Below are positions 24,384 through 36,314 of a stretch of 64,000 nt of DNA, one piece after another. The first letter of the stretch is position 1, and each line of letters opens with the position of its first letter. A model generated the notes under the pieces. The model saw only the letters and a program-made list of their open reading frames with translations, was not told the DNA's origin and searched no databases. Where the stretch lies: NCBI RefSeq assembly GCF_009914755.1, contig NC_060938.1; one strand, 5' to 3'. The position numbers and the translations under genes were made by a program. Origin of the DNA: the human T2T-CHM13v2.0 reference genome, Homo sapiens.

Positions 24384-27300
24384 CCAAGCGGACAGACAAA
24401 TACATTTTACACTTTCAAAGATCAAATTATTTGTGATTATAGTGCTCATCATTTACTGAGCATATAATCCCTACCAGTAGTTTCACTAGATACTTTGTAA
24501 ATGCCATTTCTGTCTATCCTTCAACAAGCCTCTAAATTAGATGTTCTATCCACTTTATGGATATGAGAAATCTAAGAGAACTGACTAACCCACTCTTAGA
24601 TTTCTCATCTATGAAGTTGACAAAATAGCTCATTTACAGGCTTTGTAATTTCTAAAATATCATATAGCTAGGATTGTAAATTGATCCTGGTACTTTTTGA
24701 TTTTTTGAGTTAAAGTTCATGCTGAAGCGTGTTGGGTTGACAGGCATTCTGAAATTCAGCACAGGGCATAAGCAAAATGGCATCTTTTCCTACTGGGGTA
24801 AAGGAGCCAGACCACCAAAATAATCGGTTCTTTAAACCTCCTTTCTGATTACTCACATCCTCAAAACTTTATGAACTCTTAACATGATATCGTGTACACT
24901 GGAAAAATGCAATGTATATTTTTAATAAAAATGGAGTGGGTTTTAGGAGATCTAGAGCAGTGACAGCTGACATCCAAACTGTTCTATTTCACGCGAGGAG
25001 GTTTCCATCTTCCACCATCACGACCTCCACCTTCCTGCTCTTCACTCCTCCTTACTTTACTGATCTAGTTACTGTTTTTCTCTCTTCCAATTCAGACTCA
25101 AAGTGACAGGACGGGACAGAATGAGGCAGAAATCACAGGGTTTGTAAGGCCTGGAGAATGGGGTCCACACAAACCTTTGGACCACTTTTTCTCAGGGGTA
25201 GACTTGATGCTCAGATGCTAATGTTCTGTGCTGGACCTGTTTGGGTTCCTCCTCCTCATTCACTCTTGCTCCTGAGCATCACCTGCTCTGACTTGTAAAC
25301 GTTCTTCTAACATCCCCTAACACAAAGGAGTTAACTGAAGCTCTGAGAGGCCTGGAGGTCAGTCATGGACCTTCACATTATTTGACTTTAAACAAATCTT
25401 GAAAGATTCATCCCCCTCAACATGGCACTTGTGTGCATGTAGAGGCATTCATCTCACACCACTACAAAAGAAGCAGCAGTGTTTGCCAGAAATCATGGGA
25501 TTCCTCTCTTTTCCCTGGGCTCCAGGTCTGAATTGCCAGGCCGGCTTTGTCAGGAGTGATATATGTAAGAGTCATGGCTGGGTGGGGCTGGATTGTGCTA
25601 TGTGTGGCACATAAGGGATGAAAGTGAGAGATATTTCTTAATTACAAATGTATGTTCTTTATTCTTCAAAGTTTGGATTCACACCTCTCTATTCCATTTT
25701 TCTGCACAAAATCTCACTGTATCATTAATGGATTTGTCCAGTGCATTGATAATATCATAATCTATCCACTCTAACCTGAATAAGCATGCACTTGTCATTT
25801 TAAAAAATGAGGAAACTGGCATACATGTTTCAGCAAAGAATTTGCCACACCTGCATTGTGTATGCAGCTGGTTTAATTACAGACATAATGTATTTAGCAT
25901 AGTATGTACAAAGCTGCATCACACCTGAACATCTCATTTGATATATTTCCTGAGACCTATTTGCTACTGTTCTTTCCTTTGTGACTGTCCTTACAGAATT
26001 AATATTTTTATAACTATTATATAATTAATTATACTTTAGGACCTAATTGAAACTGCAATCTTATTCCATCACATTTGGAAATGAGTGTACGCTTATAGCT
26101 CCTTTTGAAGATAATGAGGCATCACAGAAGGAGTCATGATCTACATTTCCTTGAACATCCAGAAAGCAGAAATTATGATACTGTGACTGGCCCTGGCTGT
26201 GTTTTGATGAGATTGTCTTGGTCATCACTTTCTCAGTTTCTTAGCACCAAGTTCTTGGGTGACCAGTTGCACAGAACACCACTTGCATTACTGAATACAA
26301 ACTGACTTGGGGTCTATAGGGTGACGGTGGTTGAGGGTTGACAGCAGTGCTGTAGGAACAAGACTTGAATCACAGAGGGAGTCTACATGGAGCAATGTGG
26401 TGATATATTTCCAAGCACACAATTTCTACAACAGGTCAACTGCAATTCCCACACAGCTAACCCAGCCCTAAAGTGAATATTGAGTAAAAGCAATCATATC
26501 TTTATTCCAAACCATCTGAATTTGCTGATTTTTATAAATATGTTATTTTATTCTATCAAATAAATTCTACTCCTGGATTCCCTAAAACAACTCCTGCATT
26601 ACTTTGTAGGTCAAGCTATCAAAAAATTTGCATAATTACTTCATTTGAAGTTATTAAACTGCTAAGGCAGCAAAATTCATTAAGCTACATTTTACTAAAT
26701 TCTAATCATTAAGTGAAACAATATTTTTCCCTCAAAAAAGGTAATAGTTTCCCGGAAATATTCTTCATGGCTTTATTTCCTCTGCTAATTGATCCAGGTC
26801 ATTTAATTCAATAATTTTTATAAAGGTAAAATTATAGGAGTTTAATTGACTTTTGCTTAGCTTCCAATTATGTCTAATTTGTTTCTGTTCAGTCTCATTA
26901 GATCCAGTTATGTTTGGACTGATAGTAATTACTCCCAATAGTTAATGTACTTTAAAATAAGGACTCTCTTCTGTTATTTTCAAGTAATTTTTCATCAGGG
27001 TTAGGCAGGGCTTCTTAATCATATTAATACAAATGGTTTCCTATGTGCATGAGTAAGTTTGCATTTAGTACGTAGGCAATCCTATGTAACTTAGCAAAGC
27101 TAGCAAGTCCCTAGACATGGCGCAGCCACTGTAGAGGTGGCCTCCCACTAGCATCATTAATATCAATTGTAATTGGTAGGCAATCACTTAGTTTCACATT
27201 TCATTACCCGAGTTATACAAATGTGTAAAAAAAATACAGTTTTAATAAAAGGGAGTAAAGGATAATATGAGTAATATTCACAATCTCTAGTTGGAAGAGG

Positions 27301-27819
27301 TAGTGTTTTCTCAGAAATGATGCATTCCTGGAGCAAGGTCATTTTGTGTTTGGTTTGTTAAATATCTATTTCCATTTTGACAAACCATTGGAAAAGCCCA
27401 GCTTCACAAGGACTCTCCATGAAAGCGATCACACAAAAGAACACCCATAACACAAAATCAAAACAAGGGTGGTCCGGGCTTCACATTAAAGACTCATTAC
27501 CAAGTTTTCTTAGAAGAGATAAAGAACACAAAGTTACTTTTATGTGATGGAAAACAGAGAGAAAGAGTAAATGGAACAATAAGCGTTAGGAAACAGCAGT
27601 GAAAAACAAGCTGTGGAAAAAAAATGAATAGAATTATGTTTTGTTTGCTATTGATTTCCTATCCTGATATCAGAAAATATGGGAAAGAACAAGGCACATT
27701 TTTTGAGACAAATAGAACATAAAATAAATGAGTGTTAAAGATTATTTTGCAGTGAGAACAAAAATATCTGTGACTTGTTTCTTCCCTTCAAAAATAAGAT
27801 TTTGTACAATTACATTTAT

Positions 27820-28235
27820 ATAAATTATAGAAATAAAATTGTAAAGATGGAGAACAGACTATGGGGTTGCCAAGGGGAACGGGTGGAGGAAAATGTGTCA
27901 GAGTGTCCACAAAGATTGCAAGTTGGAGCCTGGTGGTGAGGCTACAGTTCTGTATCTTGACGGTCGAGGTTGTAGTTACAGAGATCTACACGAGATAAAA
28001 ATACACAGAACACATGCACACACACACACACACAAATACATACAAAAACAAATGTGTACAAAATGGTTGTGATCTGAGCAAGCTTTCTGAATTGCACCTA
28101 TGTCAGTTTCCAGGTTTTGATATGCTCTATGGCTATGCGAGATGTCACCGCTGGGAGAATTAGTGAAGAGTACCTAAGACATCCCTGCACCTTTTGCAAC
28201 TTCCTGTGAATCTATAATTATTTCAAAAGAAACTT
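27820..28235 (+). mobile_element. L1MC/MD-type 3' end fragment with a CA tract
   Basis: Contains AAGATGGAGAACAGAC..GGTTGCCAAGGG..TTTTGCAACTTCCTGTGAATCTATAATTATTTCAAAA. Confidence 0.75.
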
Positions 28236-30059
28236 GAAAGTCGAGTATAGCAAGGACTAAATCCATCACTTCAAAGACGAAAAAACTGAAGATGAATGAA
28301 ACTGTTGAAGAATATCAAATACTCAACAGTCCGTATGAGAGCTGTATTCTGTCCACTCGAAGCTCAGCTGTCATTTAGGCTTTTCCTGACGTGCCCTGGA
28401 GGACTTGAGCTCCCCTTGGATTGCCAAGGCCTATAATGTTTATTTGTTACTAACTTTGTACTGGACCCCCCAAAAAATGAAAAGTGATCGAATAATCATT
28501 TATAATAACAACTAGTACTTTTACTTATAAAGAGACAATAGTGGTAATGAATTTAAATATTTGGGGTAAAGAATAGGATCTTGGTAAGACAATATTGGCA
28601 AAATATAAAACAGAAAAAATAAGGAATCAGAAACATAAGTAGTTCAGTATTGTGAAAAAATTCTGGATCTGAGCAGCAAAAGAACAGAGATTGTATTGCG
28701 TTTCTGCTCCAAACCTGCTGAATCACCTTAGGCAATGCATGCCCTTTCCCTGAATCTGTTTTCTTTTCTACAAAATAAAGTGAGCCAAATCATCTCCAAA
28801 TATTCACATTTTTCGACTCTACATGGACTTCAGTTGAATTGCTAATTTCAGTTTGGATAATACATGTGTGCTGCACCACAAGTGGTGTGTCTAAACCCTC
28901 ATGTTGGTCCTAAAAATAATTAAATCTAGCATTTGGCAGCTGGAAGCCATTGCAATCTTTTAAGTATTCCTGAAGCTTATTTTATCAGTGTATCAAGATA
29001 AAATGCTAATAACGCGGTAGATATAAAGTCTGTTAGCAACTATCAGTGCTGTGTTATCTCAGAAGACTTTGTAAGGATAATGATAAGAAGTGGATCAAGT
29101 AAAACAGCCTGAATTGACCCCCAAGATCCACTAAAATGATTAACTATTCCATTCATGAAAATTCACTACAGTCAAACTATCTAAACTTGCTGTTCCTGAG
29201 CTGATGCTATTCCAGTTCTACATGGCAGTATTAATTGCACCTTCATTTGGCTAAGCATCATGAATAACAGCAGTCTTAACAATGTATCGCCACTTCCTTA
29301 TATACCTGTTTACACTTGTGATCATAATAATGTCAACTTTAATACTCTCACCAAAAAAATGTTGAAAAAAATACCCCTTTTGCAACGTAAAGCTAAAGAT
29401 CTAGGCTTGCATAAATGATCAAAAGCTAAAAGGTAGCGCCAGTAATCTCTGTTAGTGCTGCAAAAAGACATCAAGTTCAGTATCAACTTAATAAAAAAGA
29501 CAGTTATTAACCAGCAACTGAACTTTAAAGTTATCATGTTGCTTGCAACTGAAATACGAGCCTATTCACAAACACAGACGATATTCACATGAACATACCT
29601 GCTAAACTCTACCTGACCTCACCATGAGAGTAAACCGGGAGGAGGGGTAGAGATGATAGCTCTCCATATATAATGCTTGAATCTCCAGGAGGCAACAGAA
29701 GAGGATCATTGCCCCACCATGGCTCCTTCCCATCTGTTTTGATCATCCAGGCAGACCTATAGTGAAACAAAATGAAAGCACTAACAGTTTCCTGGGCTGT
29801 ATTTTTCTTAGTATCCTACAGAGAAACACCTAGTCACACTGCCACTGACTGCACTCCTAACCCTGGATTTTGCATTCTCACTCTGTGGGTTACAAGAGGC
29901 AAACAGCAACGTAGATCCATCGCTATCATCGGATATAATTCAAATAAGACACTTGCTGTGGATGGCTGATCATAACAATAACATGATCTGGGGGCATCAG
30001 AAGTCCTGCTTGACTCTTATTTTCTAACATTTTTGCAGGCTGCTGGCTGACCTCCACCC

Positions 30060-30900
30060 CACTTCAGGAACAACAGGATAGACTACAGCTGGGCCGATCC
30101 ATAAACTCACCAGTAGCCCAGGAGATGGCCTGACATGAAAAGTTCTGCACAAGCAGGAGCAAAATGAGCCAATAGCTCCACTTGCATTCTGTTGGTATCC
30201 TGCATGTTATTTTCACAGAGCAATACAAGTTTCTGCTGTACTGCACGCACATATTACTCACTTTCTTTGCTGCCATGATGCTTAAGTATTTCAACTGCAT
30301 TTTTAAGTAATATATCTTTCAAAACTTAGCCTAAAAATTGCATGATCTCCAGTTGTAGCTTCAGAAGTCTGTTGAAAAGTTTGTCTAAGACAGTAGGCTT
30401 TAAACATTGAAATAACTCCTTGGTCCACTAGCTGGACGATTAAAGTTGTATTTGTTAGTAAAAAGCAGCTTTTTAACATTTTCATGGAAGTATCCAAATG
30501 AATAAAGGTGACTTGGACACTTATCCAACAGTGATGGTGCTTTAGAAGTTAAATTATGTGAGTTTATGACTGGAGGACAAGTAGTTTACACAACTACACA
30601 CCTTGATATCTGTCTAAACTAAATTCATACAGATGCACAGGTACACAGCGACAAATAACCAGCACACTTTCACAGAGAGAGCATGATTGCTCACTGATCA
30701 TCATGCTTGTCCATTAAATACTTACTAATTTTTGTACTAAAAACCAGCATCAAAATTTTTACTGAATGAAATTACACGTAGTTAATACACTGTGGAAAGT
30801 GAAATTTGCACTGTGTCCATGAAGGAATTATACATGTTATCTAATCAAAGCACAGTAACAAAAATTCCTGCATATAAGAACCACGAAAAGCCAGGACTGC
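30060..30900 (-). mobile_element. Tigger/pogo (TcMar) DNA transposon relic with DDE transposase fragment
   Basis: ORF 30303-30497(-) reads FLLTNTTLIVQLVDQGVISMFKAYCLRQTF, matching the pogo/Tigger DDE_1 motif FLPPNTTSLIQPMDQGVI..FK.YY. Frame is broken; outer boundaries approximate. Confidence 0.72.
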
Positions 30901-31066
30901 TTATATACTGCTGTAAGATTTTTATATTACTTGGGAGATGATATAATAGTACTTAAGAATAAACTGTGATAAGTTAACAATATATATGGTAAACGCTTGA
31001 GCAATAACTTTAAACAAAAATACATAGTGCAACTATTGAGCCAATAGTTGCAATAAAATGTAATAC

Positions 31067-31163
31067 TGATATGGTTTGGCTGTGTCCCTAACCAAATCTC
31101 ATCTTGAATTGTAGTTCCCATAATCCCCACGTGTCCTGGGAGGGACCTGGCAGAAGGTAATGA
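31067..31163 (+). mobile_element. Truncated THE1/MST LTR 5' fragment
   Basis: TGATATGGTTTGGCTGTGTCCCTAACCAAATCTCATCTTGAATTGTAGTTCCCATAATCCCCACGTG. Confidence 0.85.
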
Positions 31164-32012
31164 TACTTATTGAGCATCTACTATATCAGGTGCAGCCAGT
31201 GTAGCTCTTGAACGAGACAGAGAAAATTATCATACCTCTACCAGGGTCATATTTGATCTTCATTTATCTACCATTTATAACATTTTATTTGTCTTTTATT
31301 GGAAACCCTTCAAATCCTTTCTGAAGTAGATATAGTTGAAATAAAGATATAAGTTGAGACTGAGATCATATACTGTGTTATTTCCCTTGCAAATTCATAT
31401 TAATTATAGTGAATATCTCATTTTGTTTTTCTTTTTGTTTGGAGAGAAGGAGTAGTTCCTGTCTTGCTACTTTTCTTTCTAACCGTGCCATGATTTAAGT
31501 TCCTTCATTCATCATGTTGGCTCTCTTGAAGATAAATCCAGACACCTGCCTTACACTGGAAGCAGCAAGGGCTTTTCCTCGCCGGCTCCCATGCAGCTCT
31601 CAGGCAGGCCTGTGACCAGCCCATGGCTTTCAGTCGCTCTCCCTCCAGGCTTGGACTCTTGATCCGTGATGAGAGAACAGCAGAGGCACGTGATATTTAT
31701 CACAGCACCAGTGCGCTGAGTGAACCCTTCCTGCCTAGAGACGAATGCAGGGTCCTTGCTTCCCCAGTCCCTTTGATTTCTATTTCCAAGCCTAGTTTCT
31801 CAGCTTCCAGTTTATTCTTTGAGCCTTGCTCTCATTGCTACCACCAACATTTTTCAGGAAATTCCCCTTTCTTTTCATGTTATTTTCAGATGGTTGCAAC
31901 TAAAGAGCACTAAGCGACACTCTCCAAACTCAACTGGGCCCTGCTATTCCCAGTGTTCCCAATGAGAAAGAATACATGGAGTCCCACAGAAGGAGGGGTC
32001 AGAGTCCTTAGC

Positions 32013-32475
32013 TACGGGAGGAGACCACTCCTCATATTGTCTTATGCGCAATTTCTGCCTCCAAAGAAATAAGAAGTAAAAACTAAAAGGCAGAAATGAA
32101 ATCCACAGGCAGACAGCCCAGTGCCACACACTGGGCCTGGTAGTTAAAGATCGACCCCTGACCTAATCAGTCAGGTTAATTGTAGATTACAGACATTGTA
32201 TGGAACAGCACTGTGAAAATCCCTGTCCTGTTCTTCTCTGTTCTAACTACCAGTGCATGCAGCCCCCAGTCATGAACCCTCAGCTTGCTCAGTCAATCAC
32301 GATCCTCTCACGCGGACCCCCTTAGAGTTGTGAGCCCTTAAAAGGGACAGGAATTGCTCATTCGGGGAGGTCGGTTGTTGGAGACGTGAGTCTTGCCAAC
32401 GCTCCCAGCCGAATAAAGCCCTTCCTTCTACAACTTGGTGTCTGAGGGGTTTTGTCTGCAGCTTGTCCTGCCACA
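32013..32475 (+). mobile_element. LTR2 (HERV-E/Harlequin) solo LTR
   Basis: Starts TACGGGAGGAGACCACTCCTCATATTGTCTTATG, has AATAAA near 32412 and ends CTTGTCCTGCCACA. Confidence 0.88.
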
Positions 32476-32529
32476 AGCCAGCACTGGACACTCAAAGTCT
32501 CTTATGCAATAAGCACTCAATAAATATTG

Positions 32530-32745
32530 GTGAAAGGAAAAGGGTGGAAAGGAGGAGGGAAGAGAAGAAAGGACAAAGAAAGAGAGGAAAAGAAGGAAAG
32601 GAGGGTGGGAGGGAGGAAGGAAGAAAGAGAGGGAGGGAGCAAGAAGGGAGGGACAGAGGGAAAAATGTAGGGTGGGTGGGCAGGAGGAAGGGAGAGAGAA
32701 AAAGATAAAGGGAGGGAAGGGAGGGAAAGGGGAGGGGGAGGGAAA
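32530..32745. repeat. Purine-rich (GA) low-complexity tract
   Basis: GGAA/GGGA-rich run with few pyrimidines, following an L2-like 3' end. Confidence 0.9.
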
Positions 32746-34854
32746 AACACAAGGGCATAGGAATAAATCCCAAATGACCATTTCTGGCAAAAAATGCTGA
32801 GTTAAAAAAATCATGGGAGAACACCCCTTTGTTTAGGTACCTGCTATCTCTTAAAAGAACACAGAAATTATAGTTTATATATTTTACATGAATATTGAGG
32901 AAAATAAGGATCTGAAGGATATGCATAGAAATATATGAAAATACAAAATTGGTGCCTAAATTCAGAAAAGCTGGTAAATATTAATGAAGTAAAATAGCGG
33001 GCAAAGACATGTGGGAGGGGAGTGTGACTTAGAACGTAGACCTGAATAAAAAAATAAAAAGTTATTTTAAAGTTAGTTGAAGGACTAAGGGTGGAAATCC
33101 ATAAGATTCCTGCTTTTTTTCTGTCTATGCTACTTTGGCAAGTATAGTGCATAAAAGACATAAGGAAGATTGGGAAAATCATGGATGATCTTTCTACTTA
33201 AATGAAATTGTATCCAAAACCAAAAAACAAAAACAAGAGTGAGAGATAGAACTTTTTCTATGGGTTTCCCACTGTGGAAATCTCCCTACAGACACTTCAT
33301 GTGTTCTTTGATTATTTGGCTGGTTGGATTATTTTCTCTCTCTTCTGGCTGTTTGCTAACTGAGGTTTTCATTACAGAGGCCCTCTATCGTCCGGGTACC
33401 AATTCCTGATTAATAAAAAGATACCATCTCTTGACATGGTACCCTCCAGGTTTGATTGACGCTGCTTTGAGCTTTGAGCATGCATCGGTTATGTGACCCC
33501 GGGCCTCTTGTTTGCTCAACTGTTTTCATTTTGTGGTATAGAAACTTTACATGTCCAGCCACTACTAAGCAGAAACACAAAGAAGCAATTATCTGTTCAA
33601 TTGATGTTTCCCAGATGCAAGTTATTTAATGCTTTTATTAACCCTTAGAGTGGCATGTTATTCAGTCTCCACACCAGGTGAATATTCGGTAGGAAACGCA
33701 GCTCCTATACACACAATATTGTCATTTAAAATTAAAGGAAAAAATTAAAATGTCTCTCCAGCCAAACAAGCCCTTTTTCAGCATTTTTACATATTATGAA
33801 ATATAAATCTAAGGCAACTTTTAGGTTGTTTACAGAGAATAAAAAGTTATCTTTAAATCTAGGGCTTAAAATGAATAATTAGAGGTAAATCTAGTTGGCT
33901 TAATCAAAATAACTGCTATAGGAATTACATATAATTAGCGTCCAAATAAAATCCTTAGCCTACTCTATACAGGAAAGTAATATAAATATTAGATAGGAAA
34001 ATATCAATTCTCTCTCTCATGTCTTCTCAAGATCACATTTAAACCCTTGATCTTTCTTGTCATTTCAAGCACAAGCCAAAATACAAGCCAAAACACAAGC
34101 AAATCATGAATTTTAAATCTTGATTCCAAAAGCCACTCTCCTAGTCTGGTTGGAAAAATAACAAAGCTATGTTCTGTATTTTATCACTGCACATTTAGGC
34201 CACAATCATTCAAGTGTTTTGCCAACAATGAGCACAGCACAAGGTACCAGAAGGCAATGGGTAGACAACCTTTCGACAGCTTATTCCAGCACAGACTCAC
34301 GCAAAACAAAATGCTGCCAGAGCCAAGTCCCCTTTCGGCTTCTTCCTGGCTTTGTACAATCTTATTCCTCACTTAATTTCTCCATCCTGTTCCCTTCTCT
34401 CTGCCCCTAGTAGCCCCTGTGACTCACGTAAGCCTTTCTCAGGCCAGCAGGCACGTGGGAGCCTCACCCGGCCTGGGGCCAGCAGATGAACCAGGAGTGT
34501 GACCCAGGTCCCAGCAGTAACCAGAGGTGACAGGGCAAGGGCTACAGTTTAAGCACTTTGAAGATGAGACTTCTGACCACATGGAGAGAAAATAAGCACC
34601 AACTTATACCCTTTGCACAGGGTACAGTAGAGCCACCAAATCGCAGTCAGGAGCCAGGACCTCTTCACTGGATGCTGTCCTCACTCATATCGCCCCACAC
34701 CGGGTCATGGCGGTCTTTGTGCATCACTTTCCACCTCTTTCCTTTATCTTTGTCCTATTCCACCATTGCTTCTGCTTCCTTCCCCAAGACTGATCATGTA
34801 TGTCCCAACTGAAAAAGAAAAATCTCTTTTCTGAACCCTGCATCAGTCTCTACC

Positions 34855-35075
34855 AGCGGTCCTCACACAGGGCAATGCCCTTCCCACCCCCACCAGAGGA
34901 CATTTAGCAACATCTGGAGACCTTTACGTTTGTCACCGCTAGGGGAGGGGTTGCCACTGTCATGGGGTGTCCAGGCCAGGGATGCTGCCAAACCTCCTAC
35001 AAGGCACAAGACAGCCTTCCCTCCCCAACAACAAAGAATTGTGTGGCCCAACCTGCCCATAGTGCTGAGGGAGCA
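34855..35075. mobile_element. MER20 (hAT-Charlie) DNA transposon
   Basis: Contains GGACATTTAGCAACATCTGGAGAC..GGCCAGGGATGCTGCCAAACCTCCTACAAGGCACAAGACAGCC..ATAGTGCTGAGG. Confidence 0.85.
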
Positions 35076-35634
35076 AGTCTGCTTTGGACACCACTCTCTA
35101 AACTTCCCAACTGAACTCCCTGCGTGTTGTCTACACTTAGTGGTTTGCGCTTTCTCCCTCCCAACTCACGCTGAACAGCAAGGATTGGTTGGCTGCCTTC
35201 TCTGCTGCACACACACAGCTCTTGCAAATGGCACACCCAATTCTACAGAAAAACGCAGCGGATACTGCAGAGGAGAAATGCAGGTTCTCTCCTCTGTTCT
35301 TTGCTTTTACACAAAGATAATCTTCTCACCAAGACTGCTCTCAGTGTGACATCAGAGAGAAACCAGAATGGGACTTCACTGACATCACTCACCACCACAG
35401 AAATTCAACTAGCAGCTCTCCACAGGCAAGAATACCATCGTGCATGTCCCAGAACTCAGGACTAAGGCTGAGACACACTCCTGGACCCCAGAGCTAAGAA
35501 AAGCTGTTGCAATGGTAAAAAGTGGAGAGAGATGTTGAGCACACACTCCTCCCCAACCTGGCAGAGCCTCACATGCAGAGATTCCTCTGGATCCGCAGTA
35601 GCACAGTGAGAAAGTGAGTTGGAGGCAGAAGTTC

Positions 35635-36061
35635 TGCTTCCCCACCATTCTGGGCCCCTTTGCAGGAGCTCACGCCTGTCTTGTCCCACGGGAAACGCTT
35701 CCCCACCATTCTGGGCCCCTTTGCCGGAGCTCACGCCTGTCTTGTCCCACGGGAAATGCTTCCCCACCATTCTGGGCCCCTTTGCAGGAGCTCACGCCTG
35801 TCTTGTCCCACGGGAAACGCTTCCCCACCATTCTGGGCCCCTTTGCAGGAGCTCACTCCTGTCTTGTCCCACGGGAAATGCTTCCCCACCATTCTGGGCC
35901 CCTTTGCAGGAGCTCACGCCTGTCTTGTCCCACGGAAAATGCTCCCCCGCCATTCTGGGCCCCTTTGCAGGAGCTCACTCCTGTCTTGTCCCACGGGAAA
36001 TGCTTCCCCACCATTCTGGGCCCCTTTGCAGGAGCTCACGCCTGTCTTGTCCCACGGGAAA
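35635..36061. repeat. 61-bp minisatellite, 7 units
   Basis: Unit YGCTTCCCCACCATTCTGGGCCCCTTTGCAGGAGCTCACGCCTGTCTTGTCCCACGGGAAA; copies are near identical. Confidence 0.97.
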
Positions 36062-36314
36062 CATTGGGAGTGCCCACAGGGCCAGTCAGAAACAAAAACA
36101 GGTGGGGCTCACAGCAAACAGGGCACAGATCGGGCCTGGCCCATGGAGGTGGCACATCAGAGAAACTAGCCAGAGGCACCACGCCACAGGAAGCACCCCC
36201 ACAGGTGCTCCAGGCTCAGCCCCCAGCGTGCTTCAATGCCCTTCAGAATAGCAAACCCTCGCAGATCCAGCATAGAGGGAGCTGCCTCAGCACAGGAGAG
36301 ACGCCCATGCCACA

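Noticed and set aside
30303-30497. Domesticated TIGD-like transposase gene
   Set aside because: Only a 64-aa degenerate fragment with broken flanking frames.
32428-32926. Phe/Leu/Pro/Ser-rich and Arg/Glu/Gly-rich ORFs
   Set aside because: Artefacts of the purine-rich low-complexity tract.
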